From Candidatus Saliniplasma sp. (GTDB lineage: Archaea; Thermoplasmatota; Thermoplasmata; Halarchaeoplasmatales; Halarchaeoplasmataceae), in contig JBMCUO010000002.1 of NCBI GenBank assembly GCA_048622455.1, positions 1 through 55,152 of the forward strand: 55,152 nucleotides of DNA, read 5' to 3'. The translations under genes and the position numbers were made by a program. Under the pieces are notes generated by a model. It was not told the origin of the DNA. It made no database searches and worked only from the letters and a program-made list of their open reading frames with translations. Positions 7,819 through 17,728 of this stretch are shown piece after piece; positions within the stretch are counted from its first letter, which is position 1; every line of letters begins with the position of its first letter.

Positions 7819-9234
7819 TCAGAACAGGTTCACCATTAACACCCCGAATATGATAGCGAGCAGTGTAACACCAACGATGCTGATCAAGGCACCATATTTC
7901 ACCATATCACTGATATCTATCTTATCCGTTCCGTAAGCTATAGCGTTAGGTGGTGTGCTCACAGGTAGCGCCATCGCCATGGAACATGCTAGTGCTACGG
8001 ATGCCATGATAGATATCGAGGACCCAAGGTCCATACCGATGATGATCATGATAGGAGCCATCAAAGCTGCGGTCGCGGTGTTGCTCATGAAAGTTGAGAG
8101 TATTATGGCTATAGCGGAAAATATCACTACGACCATGATCAGACTTAAAGCCTGGTGATCGACAAGGCTTACCATCCATTCAGCCAATCCAGTCACTCTC
8201 ATGGCGTTACCTAACGACATACCTCCACCCATCAACAGCAAAACGTTCCAATTTAGTTTACCCAAGTCGTCTTTATCCAGTAATCCCGTCCCGAAAAAGA
8301 CCACCACCGGGATCAAAGCGATTATACCCGCGGATTGGAATAATGTATCGACTATGGGGACCGAGGAGGTCAACCACAGTAAAACGGTTATGCTGAATAT
8401 CACTAAAATAAATATTTGTTTCCTTGAAAATCCACTTTTAGCTTTGTGTTCTAAGTCGATATCTAATTCTTTGATAGAGGGTTTGAAAGCGAAGTATAGA
8501 ACGAAATAAGCGAAAAGGAACATCAGGATGGTTATTGGTAGAGCAATTATCATCCAATCTAGAAAACTAAGATAGATCCCCTCTGTTGATAATCTTTCTA
8601 TGATGATCGCATTGGGAGGTGTACCTACGGGTGTAGCCATACCGCCTATGTTGGCTGCGAATGGTATACCCAGTATCAGGGCTTTGGAGAATTTTTCTTC
8701 CTTGGGTATCTGGGTATATATAGGTAACGCTAACGCTATCATCAAAGCGGTCGTAGCAGTATTTGACATCCACATTGATAGGAATGCCGTTATAAGCATC
8801 ATACCAAACATTATCATTTTAGGTGACTTACCTACACTTTTTATCATCTGTTTAGCCAATTTGTTGTCAACGTTGTATTTGCGTAAGGCAGCCGCCAAAG
8901 CGAACCCACCCAGGAATAGTGCGATTATGGTGTTGAAAAAAGGCGCCAAAGCTTCGTTCGCACTCACCGTTTCCTCGCTTATAAAGAGGATCTGAAACAA
9001 AACGATCAGGATGGACGTAGCATACAATGGGATCGCTTCGGTTATCCAAAGGACAGCGGCGAAAAAAAGTATACCGAATACAGCTCTCTGGTCGCCGCTC
9101 AATTCTTCTATAACTGGGACTGGGAGAAAATATGCGGATATCAACAGGAATAATCCGACCATGAATATTATTATCTGCTTATAGTACCTCCCGACCACTT
9201 CTGAAAGTGTTTCCTCGTCTTTTTCATTCATCAT
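7819..9234 (-). CDS. DASS/SLC13-type anion:Na+ symporter (ArsB/NhaD permease superfamily)
   Basis: Polytopic protein with duplicated SNTATTALM / SNTATAALM hairpin motifs. Start set at MMNEKDEE (9234) to avoid overlapping the divergent gene. Confidence 0.8.
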   Translation of the reverse strand: MMNEKDEETLSEVVGRYYKQIIIFMVGLFLLISAYFLPVPVIEELSGDQRAVFGILFFAAVLWITEAIPLYATSILIVLFQILFISEETVSANEALAPFFNTIIALFLGGFALAAALRKYNVDNKLAKQMIKSVGKSPKMIMFGMMLITAFLSMWMSNTATTALMIALALPIYTQIPKEEKFSKALILGIPFAANIGGMATPVGTPPNAIIIERLSTEGIYLSFLDWMIIALPITILMFLFAYFVLYFAFKPSIKELDIDLEHKAKSGFSRKQIFILVIFSITVLLWLTSSVPIVDTLFQSAGIIALIPVVVFFGTGLLDKDDLGKLNWNVLLLMGGGMSLGNAMRVTGLAEWMVSLVDHQALSLIMVVVIFSAIAIILSTFMSNTATAALMAPIMIIIGMDLGSSISIMASVALACSMAMALPVSTPPNAIAYGTDKIDISDMVKYGALISIVGVTLLAIIFGVLMVNLF

Positions 9235-9292
9235 TAAGGCACCTTTCGGCTGGCAGGTAGCAGGAGATTTATTTATACTTTTCCCGTTTTTT

Positions 9293-10486
9293 ATGGAACT
9301 CAAGGGTGAAAAATCGAAGAAAGTTTTATTAGATTTCATATGTTCATACTTATACAACTCGGGTAGAACTTTGACAGAAGATGAGATCGATAAACTGGTT
9401 CATCTACTAGATGATTCGAACGCCTCTATCAGGAAAAATGCCGTGGTTCAGTTAGGTAATCTTTATGCAGATGAGAGTGCGGCGAAGATCGTTGAGATCG
9501 CTCTTGACGATCCGGATAGTAGAGTAAGAAGACATGCCGCTAACACTTTAAAAAAGATCGATTCTGATAAAGCGTTAGATAGGTTGATAGAAGCCCTGAA
9601 CTCTCCATCTGAATCAATAAGAAGTAATGCAGCCTGGGTGCTGGGTATATTAGATGATGAAAGGGCTGCAGAGCCATTATTGAATACATTGAAAGACGAT
9701 ACGATAACAGTCAAGAGAAGAGCCGCTTTGGCTTTGAAAGAGATATCCCCTCCTTCCCTTGTAGATGATGTCTTAGAATTTTTGGAGGATCCAGATCATA
9801 AGGTAAGGCAGAGGATCGTACAGACCCTGGGTGAGATCGGTGATGAGACTGTAGTTGATCCACTCATCGAACGTCTTGAAGATCGAGACCCAGATGTCCG
9901 CTGGTCCGCTGCAGCAGCCCTTGGACAGATCGCCGATAAGAAGTCCATCGAAACTCTCATCGGATGTTTAGATCGTGAAGATACCAGGGTTAGAAGACAT
10001 GCCGCGTGGGTGCTGGGTGAGTTGGGTGCGAAAGAAGCTGTTGGAAGTTTGATAGAACTCATCGAAGAGGATGAGACCAGACAGATGAGACAGCATGCGA
10101 TCCTTTCTTTAGGAAAGATCGGTGACGAAAATGCCGTCGATATATTGATCGATATGGCCATGACCGATGAGAAGTTAGGATGGCACGCTTCGGAGGCTTT
10201 AGCACGGATAGATAGTCCGAAGGCTGTGAATAGATTAGTCAAGATAACATTGAGGGATGAAAACAAGTGGCGCAGGAAGAATGCCGCCTGGGTTCTGAGT
10301 AACTTGGAGACGAAAAGGGCGGTAGAGGCCTTGGTAGGAGTCGCTTCATCGCATGAAAGTGAAACAAAACGGATCAGAGCGATGGAAGCACTCTCGGAGT
10401 TCGAGGACAGAAGAGTCGACGAGATGCTCAAAAAGATCATGGAGGAAGAGAGTTCTAAAAGGGTTAAAAGAGCTCTTAATGATTGA
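9293..10486 (+). CDS. HEAT-repeat (PBS-lyase-like) protein
   Basis: At least 10 tandem units of about 31 aa of the form D..VR..AA.ALG.IGD..AV..LI..L. Confidence 0.8.
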   Translation: MELKGEKSKKVLLDFICSYLYNSGRTLTEDEIDKLVHLLDDSNASIRKNAVVQLGNLYADESAAKIVEIALDDPDSRVRRHAANTLKKIDSDKALDRLIEALNSPSESIRSNAAWVLGILDDERAAEPLLNTLKDDTITVKRRAALALKEISPPSLVDDVLEFLEDPDHKVRQRIVQTLGEIGDETVVDPLIERLEDRDPDVRWSAAAALGQIADKKSIETLIGCLDREDTRVRRHAAWVLGELGAKEAVGSLIELIEEDETRQMRQHAILSLGKIGDENAVDILIDMAMTDEKLGWHASEALARIDSPKAVNRLVKITLRDENKWRRKNAAWVLSNLETKRAVEALVGVASSHESETKRIRAMEALSEFEDRRVDEMLKKIMEEESSKRVKRALND

Positions 10487-10611
10487 TCTGTTTTTGTTGA
10501 GTATGTCAAGGATTTGACTACGTTGTGAGTTTGACAGAATGGTACGATTTCGCTAGAACACACTCTTTTTATGACAAACTTTATACACTTGTTCCTATGT
10601 GCAAGTATTCC

Positions 10612-11678
10612 ATGGGAATCGAGGTCCAGGGTATCGAAAAAACATTCGGGGATACAAAGGCACTCAAAGGTATCTCTTTCGAGGTAAAGGAGGGCGAGAT
10701 ATTCGGACTGTTGGGTCCCAACGGCGCAGGTAAAACTACCACCGTCAAGATATTGGCCACCATGCTTTTACCGGATAAAGGCCGTGCACTTATCAGGGGT
10801 TCAGATGTTGTCAAACATCCAAAAGAAGCACGGAACCTGGTGGACGTTATCACCGCCCGTGATAAGTTTTACAGACGTTTGAACGGTTACCAGAACATCA
10901 AATTCTTCTCGAGACTGTATCAAGTTGACGATTGGGAGGGCAAGATGAAGAAGTACGGTGAACATCTAGGTCTCACGGAATCAGATTTCGAGAAGAGGTT
11001 AGCCGACTATTCCACCGGTATGAGACAGAAACTCAACCTGATACGAAATATGGTAAGAGAAACGCCTATACTGTTCTTAGACGAACCCACCCTTGGACTA
11101 GATCCGGTTTCCAGTAGAAAGTTCAGAAGTCTATTGAAGGAGATCATGGAAAAGGAAGGTAAGACAGTCATCTTCACCAGCCATAACATGTTCGAAGTCT
11201 AGGAACTCTGTGAACGTATCACAATTTTGAAAGACGGGGGATCACCATGACCGGCGATCCGAAAAAGTTCAAGGACGAGATATTCCCCAAAAGGATGATC
11301 GAGTTCGAGTTCAAAGACGGTAGTGATTTAGATCTAGAACATGAACATATATACAAGATCGAAAAGAAAAAGGACGGAAAAACCCAGGTTTTCATCAACG
11401 CCGGAGATCACGTCCACGACATTGTTCAGGAGATCTTAAACCAGGGTCGTGTTTCTCACATATCGGTAAAAGGACCCACTTTAGAAGAGGCGTTCATAAA
11501 ACACGCTGGAGGACAGGAAGAAACCAACGGGAGGGGACGTCGTGGAGATGAAACAATACTTTCACATCCTTTACGCTTTTCTTATCCTGGACTGGCGGAG
11601 AAGATGGTCTTACAAACTGAACTTCGTGGCCATGCTCATGTATCCTATAGTGTGGGTCAGTGTTTTCGCACTGCTTAA
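10612..11678 (+). pseudogene. ABC transporter ATP-binding protein (ABC-2/drug-export type), disrupted
   Basis: Walker A GPNGAGKTT, signature YSTGMRQKL, Walker B ILFLDEPT and H-loop FTSHNM are all intact. In-frame TAG at 11200-11202 falls where E is expected (NMFEV*ELCERI). A frame change at the G5 run 11236-11240 is needed to join ...ILKDGG to ITMTGDPKKF (the 11247 ORF). The last frame then runs into the permease gene without a proper stop. Confidence 0.7.
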
Positions 11679-12362
11679 AAGGACCGTTGACGAGGGTAGA
11701 GGTATGGTCATGGAAGGAGGATTCGCAACCTACATCGTGGTGGGTATAATCACATGGAGATTTATACGGGTCGGTTTCTTCGTTTCGTCCTGGAGCATAC
11801 GCTGGAAACAGCATATAATGAATTTCAAGAACATCTACTACCCCACCATCTCTTAGTACCGGTTTCATCCACGGCACTTTCAGGGTTCACCGTATCACTT
11901 CTAAACTTCGTCGATATGTGGCTGGTAGCAGATTTCGTGTTCGGAATCAGTTTGAATCTGACTCTACCCTCATTCCTATTTCTAGTACTAGCATGGATGT
12001 CGGTCATCGGCTTCGGATTCGCCATTGCCGGTGTAGCAGTACTATACAAGGAGATCCAGGCGGTGTTCACGGTTATCTTTTTCTCGTTCCAGTTCTTCTG
12101 CGGAGTTTTCTTCCCAGTATCATCACTACCACGTGCAGCACAGTATATCAGCAGAGCCATACCGATAACCTACGCACTGAACGGCATGAGGACAAGCATG
12201 AATCGTGGATACATCTCGACTAATGATGTTCTTATCATGGTCGTGGCTGGAGTCATAGGCATGGTCATAGGTCTGATCACGTTACATCTATGCCTGAAGA
12301 AAGCCTTAAAAGACGGTAATTGGAAAGGTATTGACCACCGAAAATTTAAAGTCTTAATATAA
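11542..12362 (+). pseudogene. ABC-2 type permease, frameshifted
   Basis: The N-terminal 105 codons (11542-11856) and the C-terminal 200 codons (11754-12362) lie in different frames. Together they give an approximately 273-aa six-TM ABC-2 permease. The switch must lie at about 11800-11856. Confidence 0.6.
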
Positions 12363-12375
12363 TTTAGTAGCCACC

Positions 12376-15000
12376 ATGTCTTCCTCTGGAATCGATCAAT
12401 TCATAGAAATTGAAAACAAATGGCTGGAAAGATGGGAGAACAGCGATGTTTACCGCTTCGACCCGGATTCAGAAAAACCCATCTTCTCCATAGACACACC
12501 ACCCCCGACGATCTCAGGTAGGATGCACATAGGCCACGCCTTTTCGTACACCCAGATGGACATGATCGCCAGGTACAAGAGGATGCAGGGTTACAACGTG
12601 TTCTATCCCTGGGGTTTCGATGATAACGGCATAGCCACGGAACTGTACGTTAAGAATGAAACCGGTATTGACCCTAAGGATGTGGGAAGGGAGAAGTTCA
12701 TAGAATTGTGTCTCGAAGAGAGTAAGAAGTTGGAAGAGAACTTAGAGAGGAAGTGGAAGAGGGTCGGAACTTTCCCAGATTACGATATATTCTACCGCAC
12801 CATCGATGAACGTTCCAGGAAGACATCTCAGAAGTCTTTCATAGAGTTATACGAGATGGGAAGAGAGTACAGAAAAGAGGCTCCCACGTTATGGTGTCCT
12901 CACTGTGAAACCGCCATATCACAGGTGGAAACTGAAGATATGGAAAAGGAAGGGAAGTTCAACAATATATTCTTCGATATCAAAGAGGGTGGTCATCTAA
13001 TCATCTCAACCACCAGACCTGAACTACTTCCAGCATGTGTAGCGGTTTTCGTTCACCCGGATGATGAACAAAATTCACATCTCATCGGAAAGACAGCAGT
13101 AGTACCTCTCTTCGGGCAGGAAGTACCGATATTAGAAGACGATAAAGTCGACATGGAGACCGGAACCGGTGTAGTCATGTGCTGTACCTTCGGTGATCAA
13201 ACTGATATCGATTGGTGGTACGCCCACGACCTTTCCCTTAGGATCGCTATCGATGAAACGGGGCACATGACCGATGAAGCCGGTGATTACTCCAGTTTAG
13301 GCATCCACGAGGCTAGGCAGAAGATCATAGAGGACCTGAAAAGCGCTGATAAGCTGGGTGAACAGTGGGATATCACACATGATGTAAACGTTCACGAACG
13401 CTGTGACAGTCCTATAGAGTTCTTGGTCACGGAACAGTGGTTCATCAAGTACCTAGATCTTAGAGAAAAATATCTGGAAGTGGGAGATGATATAAACTGG
13501 TATCCTGAACACATGAAGGTCCGGTATGATAATTGGGTTAAATCGTTAAAATGGGATTGGTGCATTTCAAGGCAGAGATATCACGGTATACCCTTCCCTG
13601 TTTGGTACTGTAAAGACTGTGGGGAGGTCAAACTTGCGGAGGAGGAACAGCTACCTGTAAATCCTTTGGTCGATGAACCCATAGGAAAGTGTGAGGAGTG
13701 CGGGGGAAATGATTTCAACCCTGAAAAGGATGTAATGGATACCTGGGCTACATCCTCGCTGACACCCTACATAGCTACCCGGTGGATCGAGGACTCCGAT
13801 ATGTTCGATAAAGTTTTCCCCTTTAATCTCAGACCACAGTCACACGACATAATCAGTTTCTGGGCCTTCAATACCATCGTCAAAAGTTTGTTTCATTCGG
13901 ACCAAAAACCGTGGGATGATATCATGATACATGGATATCTGATGCTTCCTGGGGGCAAGGCTTTTTCTTCTTCTAAAGGTATCATCATAGACCCAGAGGA
14001 GATAGCCTATGAGTACGGAGCCGATGCTATCAGATACTTGAGCGGTTCTAATCAACCCGGTGAGGATGCGGTCTTCGAGAAAAAATGGTTGAAGCGGGGC
14101 CAGAGGATCAGAACCAAATTCTGGAACCTACAGAATTTCATCGGAAACTCCATAGATGAGAAGATAGAAGATATGCCCGAGTTAAGGACCGTCGATAGAT
14201 GGCTTTTAAGCAGGTACAGCAAAGTAGTAGAAAAGGCCACAGAGCACATGGACGACTACCGATACGATAAAGCACTACAGGAAGTAGAATACTTCTTCTG
14301 GCATGTTTTAGCGGACCACTACATCGAGATGATAAAACATAGGGTGTATGGTGAAAGAGATAAAGCCGCTGAATTCACACTCTATAAAGTTGGGCTGGGT
14401 TTGACCAAGATGTTGGCTCCGATAATGTGCTTCGTGACCGAGGAAGTTTATGATAAGAATTATAAAGAATTTGAAGACGAAAAGAGTATTCATACTACAA
14501 CCTGGCCAAGATCAATACTTAAAGATGGGGAAGCGGAAGAACAGGGAGAGATAGTCAAGGATATCATCGCTGAAGTCAGGAACTGGAAATCCGAAAATGG
14601 TATGCCGCTGAATGAAGAGATCGACGAATTAAAGATAATCAGCTCTTCGAAAGGTATCAAGGAGAACGAAAAAGACATCCTGAACACGGTCAAAGCCGGG
14701 AAACTGAGTATGATAGATGGGGACGAGATCGAAGAAAAGGCCGTAGAAGTTATCCCGGATTACTCGGTGATAGGACCTAAGTTTAAGGGCGAGGCCAACC
14801 TCGTGGTCGAAAAACTAAAGTCATCGGATCCAGTTAAGATTTCACGGGCTTTAGATTCAGGCGGTTTTAAGATCACAGTAGATAAAAAAGATTACACGAT
14901 AACAAAAGAGGATGTAGATATCAAAAAATCTAAAGTTCACAAAGGCGAGGAAGTAGAAACTATCGAGGTAGAAAATGCCGTGGTTCTTTTAAAGAAATGA
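12376..15000 (+). CDS. valS: Valyl-tRNA synthetase (archaeal type)
   Basis: PPPTISGRMHIGHAFSY (HIGH motif), editing-domain TTRPELLPA and GTGVVMCCTFGD, YGADAIRY. 874 aa. Confidence 0.8.
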   Translation: MSSSGIDQFIEIENKWLERWENSDVYRFDPDSEKPIFSIDTPPPTISGRMHIGHAFSYTQMDMIARYKRMQGYNVFYPWGFDDNGIATELYVKNETGIDPKDVGREKFIELCLEESKKLEENLERKWKRVGTFPDYDIFYRTIDERSRKTSQKSFIELYEMGREYRKEAPTLWCPHCETAISQVETEDMEKEGKFNNIFFDIKEGGHLIISTTRPELLPACVAVFVHPDDEQNSHLIGKTAVVPLFGQEVPILEDDKVDMETGTGVVMCCTFGDQTDIDWWYAHDLSLRIAIDETGHMTDEAGDYSSLGIHEARQKIIEDLKSADKLGEQWDITHDVNVHERCDSPIEFLVTEQWFIKYLDLREKYLEVGDDINWYPEHMKVRYDNWVKSLKWDWCISRQRYHGIPFPVWYCKDCGEVKLAEEEQLPVNPLVDEPIGKCEECGGNDFNPEKDVMDTWATSSLTPYIATRWIEDSDMFDKVFPFNLRPQSHDIISFWAFNTIVKSLFHSDQKPWDDIMIHGYLMLPGGKAFSSSKGIIIDPEEIAYEYGADAIRYLSGSNQPGEDAVFEKKWLKRGQRIRTKFWNLQNFIGNSIDEKIEDMPELRTVDRWLLSRYSKVVEKATEHMDDYRYDKALQEVEYFFWHVLADHYIEMIKHRVYGERDKAAEFTLYKVGLGLTKMLAPIMCFVTEEVYDKNYKEFEDEKSIHTTTWPRSILKDGEAEEQGEIVKDIIAEVRNWKSENGMPLNEEIDELKIISSSKGIKENEKDILNTVKAGKLSMIDGDEIEEKAVEVIPDYSVIGPKFKGEANLVVEKLKSSDPVKISRALDSGGFKITVDKKDYTITKEDVDIKKSKVHKGEEVETIEVENAVVLLKK

Positions 15001-15002
15001 AT

Positions 15003-15188
15003 CTATTTATTGACCTCTTTGTTCTCATAATGCATTTTCTCTACGTCAGTTTCTTGACTCATCTTTCCTTTTCTGCAGTGATTACATATCCCCTTTTCCA
15101 GATGCTCTTCACACGTGGCTAACCCGCATAGACTGCAGGAACGTGTAGTTGCCTTTCCACATATATGACATCCACTCATCATCTCCAT
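15003..15188 (-). CDS. Small zinc-finger protein
   Basis: MEMMSGCHICG...CSLCG...CEEH...CNHC. Start trimmed to the Met just before the first CxxC. Confidence 0.45.
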   Translation of the reverse strand: MEMMSGCHICGKATTRSCSLCGLATCEEHLEKGICNHCRKGKMSQETDVEKMHYENKEVNK

Positions 15189-15326
15189 TTTTTTCACCCA
15201 ATCTATAATCTTTTTTATCAGATAAATACTTTGTTCTTTCAAATGTCGAATAAATGTAGATAACATTTATATCACTAAAAATAGTTCTATACATCAGAGA
15301 TATATTCTCCCTATTGGGTGGCTTAA

Positions 15327-15800
15327 ATGAATTGCGAATTATGTGGAAAAAAAGTTGGAAAGCCTAAAAAAGTGAAGGTGGAGGGTTCAGTCCTTCAAGT
15401 TTGTGAACAGTGTGCAAGCTACGGTAAGGAGGTTCTACAGAAGAAAAAAGGTGGTACTGAAGAACGTCTTAACAGGGTTGAACGGAAAAAAAGGTCTAGG
15501 AGAAGTTCAGCTGGATTCGGAAACGAAAACAAAACGCTGGTCATGGACTTCCCTGATAAGATAAGAAAAGCCAGGTTGGAAAACGATTGGACACAGGAAG
15601 AACTTGCTAAGAATCTTAACGAAAAGAAGTCAGTAGTTGCAAAGTTAGAAAGGGCTGATATGAGACCTAGCGATAGTCTCAGGGAAAAATTAGAGAAGAC
15701 TTTAAACATAATCCTTCTTGAAGAGATAGAACAGGTCTCTACCACTAGTCAACGTAATGAAACCGGTCTTACCATAGGAGATTTGATAAAAGAGGAGTAG
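15327..15800 (+). CDS. mbf1: Archaeal MBF1 (Zn-ribbon plus Cro/C1 HTH)
   Basis: N-terminal CELCG...CEQC ribbon. HTH segment IRKARLENDWTQEELAKNLNEKKSVVAKLE. Confidence 0.8.
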   Translation: MNCELCGKKVGKPKKVKVEGSVLQVCEQCASYGKEVLQKKKGGTEERLNRVERKKRSRRSSAGFGNENKTLVMDFPDKIRKARLENDWTQEELAKNLNEKKSVVAKLERADMRPSDSLREKLEKTLNIILLEEIEQVSTTSQRNETGLTIGDLIKEE

Positions 15801-15837
15801 CTGATCTAGATAAGTAGATGTATAAGCACTAGCCGAT

Positions 15838-16752
15838 TCACTTGAGTGATCTAGCGATTTCTCTGACGTTTTCTATAGATATTCTGTAATAGACGTTCTT
15901 TCTCACTTCAACCAATCCCTTGTTTACCAAACTATTCAAACTGTTTTCAGCAACCTTCGTCTCCATCTTAAAATAATGTGCAATATCCGGGAGGCTCAGT
16001 TCCTGTGAATGAAACAGGAGTTCGAGTATTTTCTTTAATAGTTCTGGCAGGTCATACTTTGCTAGTATTCTGTCTATATGCATATAATCGATAGGTTCTC
16101 TTTGAGCTTCGTTTGGCAGTGAAATGTGATTAAGGGGGTGTGGTATCTGACCGTCTCCGATGGCATCGATGATGTAGGCGTACCTTTTGTTTTGAGTGTA
16201 AACACACAATCTCATTTCCAACGGTACCACTCCATCCCTAAAGTCAGCCCACAGATCTTCCAGGTTTTTCAGCTCTGGGACATATCGTGCAGGTACGTCC
16301 TGGGCGTGATGATATTGAGATTTTGTTTTTATTGATATCGGTGCGAAATATTTAGTCAGGTAAGCACGGACCATCACTTTCTCCGTCTTGACTTTTGAAG
16401 CACCGGTCCACTTTTTTAGGGAATAAGCATCATAGTTGAAAGTTTTACAAACACCTTTACCCTTTTTCTCCATCAATTCCTTCGTAGGTTTTGAAAAATG
16501 CCAATCCCCCTCTAAATCGGGTTTTATGAACTTGAGTTTGATCTTTTTCATATCTTCAATCTGATAGATCGATTCTGCCAACGAAGCATACTCCTTACCA
16601 TTTACGAAGTAGTCGATTTTACAGAGATATTCCCGGTCTCTATTTTTCCAGTTCAACAGTCTCTTCCGCAACTGTTTTTTCGAATATAGGTCGACCTCTT
16701 CTTCGGGGGCAAATTCAAGTAATCTTTCAAACCTCTCCATCAAAGGTTTCAT
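15838..16752 (-). CDS. Hypothetical protein with a C-terminal winged helix
   Basis: C-terminus LSLPDIAHYFKMETKVAENSLNSLVNKGLVEVRKNVYYRIS. The N-terminal 230 aa are unrecognised. Confidence 0.45.
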   Translation of the reverse strand: MKPLMERFERLLEFAPEEEVDLYSKKQLRKRLLNWKNRDREYLCKIDYFVNGKEYASLAESIYQIEDMKKIKLKFIKPDLEGDWHFSKPTKELMEKKGKGVCKTFNYDAYSLKKWTGASKVKTEKVMVRAYLTKYFAPISIKTKSQYHHAQDVPARYVPELKNLEDLWADFRDGVVPLEMRLCVYTQNKRYAYIIDAIGDGQIPHPLNHISLPNEAQREPIDYMHIDRILAKYDLPELLKKILELLFHSQELSLPDIAHYFKMETKVAENSLNSLVNKGLVEVRKNVYYRISIENVREIARSLK

Positions 16753-16841
16753 CTAACAACCTTAAATCGACTCTACAACAAATATTTTTCTGTCACATCT
16801 TATCGAAAAAGATTTAATGACCTTATAGACTCGAACCTACG

Positions 16842-17300
16842 ATGGCACGGAAGTTGATAATGGGAGTCGGGAACGACATCCGAGGAGATGACGCCGTTGG
16901 TGAACTGGTGGCTAGAGAGTTCGAGAAACCGGGATGGGAGACAGTAGATTGTGGTTCAGTTCCAGAAAACCACATCATCATGGTAGAAGAGGGCGAATAT
17001 GACCTTGTTTTAATAATCGATGCCGCATCCATGGGACTTGAACCAGGAGAGATTAGGGTAGTTCCTCGGGAGTACCTCGGGGTCTTTACCATGAGTACCC
17101 ATGCTTTACCGCTGTCACTTGTTATGGATTATCTGGAAGATAAGGTGGAAAAGGTCGTTTTAATCGGTATCCAGCCCGAAGATATGAGTCTAAAAGAGGG
17201 TATTACTGAAAAAGTAGAAGATGCAAAAAACAGATTGTTAGAGATCTTAAAAAAAGGAACTTGGGATAAAATCCCAAAATTGAAAAAGAAAGAAAATTAG
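16842..17300 (+). CDS. hycI: Hydrogenase maturation endopeptidase (HycI/HybD family)
   Basis: GVGNDIRGDDAVG motif, approximately 150 aa, adjacent to the mbh operon. Confidence 0.8.
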   Translation: MARKLIMGVGNDIRGDDAVGELVAREFEKPGWETVDCGSVPENHIIMVEEGEYDLVLIIDAASMGLEPGEIRVVPREYLGVFTMSTHALPLSLVMDYLEDKVEKVVLIGIQPEDMSLKEGITEKVEDAKNRLLEILKKGTWDKIPKLKKKEN

Positions 17301-17309
17301 GAACGGTTT

Positions 17310-17714
17310 TTAAGGTTCGTAGACGAGTTCATCTGAATATTTATCGGTACCTGCTATCAGGAACTCGTCAGTGAACTCGAAACAGCTTTTCGGGCATATA
17401 TCGACACACTGACCGCAGAAGGTACATCTTGCGACGTAGTGTTTCACCTTGCGTTTCTCTTCATTGAAAGTCAGTGCTTCAGAAGGACATACTTGCACAC
17501 ACAGTTGACAGCCTATACATGCATCGACATCGTATGTCAGCTTACCCCTGTAGTTCTCTGGAATTTCAACAGGAGGGTTGATCTCCAACTTCCCGTCCTC
17601 GATGAGCTTGGCAGCTCCATGCATATTCTTTGGTGTATATTTCACCGGGAAAGGGTTGGTCGCTTTCTTAGTTACGAGCTGTTTAATCAATGTGAATATA
17701 GTAGATGTTGGCAT
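17310..17714 (-). CDS. mbhN: Mbh subunit N, 2x[4Fe-4S] ferredoxin-like (NuoI/HycF-like)
   Basis: CIGCQLCVQVCP and CTFCGQCVDICP. Confidence 0.85.
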   Translation of the reverse strand: MPTSTIFTLIKQLVTKKATNPFPVKYTPKNMHGAAKLIEDGKLEINPPVEIPENYRGKLTYDVDACIGCQLCVQVCPSEALTFNEEKRKVKHYVARCTFCGQCVDICPKSCFEFTDEFLIAGTDKYSDELVYEP

Positions 17715-17728
17715 ATCTTAATCACCTC

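Noticed and set aside
9796-10563. 255-aa ORF on the minus strand
   Set aside because: It is entirely antisense to the HEAT-repeat gene. The Ser/Leu-rich low-complexity translation is typical of the mirror frame of GAx/GCx-rich coding sequence, and it has no motifs.
11247-11678. 143-aa ORF treated as an independent gene
   Set aside because: Its sequence (MTGDPKKFKDEI...KGPTLEEAFIKH) is the regulatory C-terminal domain of the ABC ATPase, displaced by a frameshift. It is not a separate gene.
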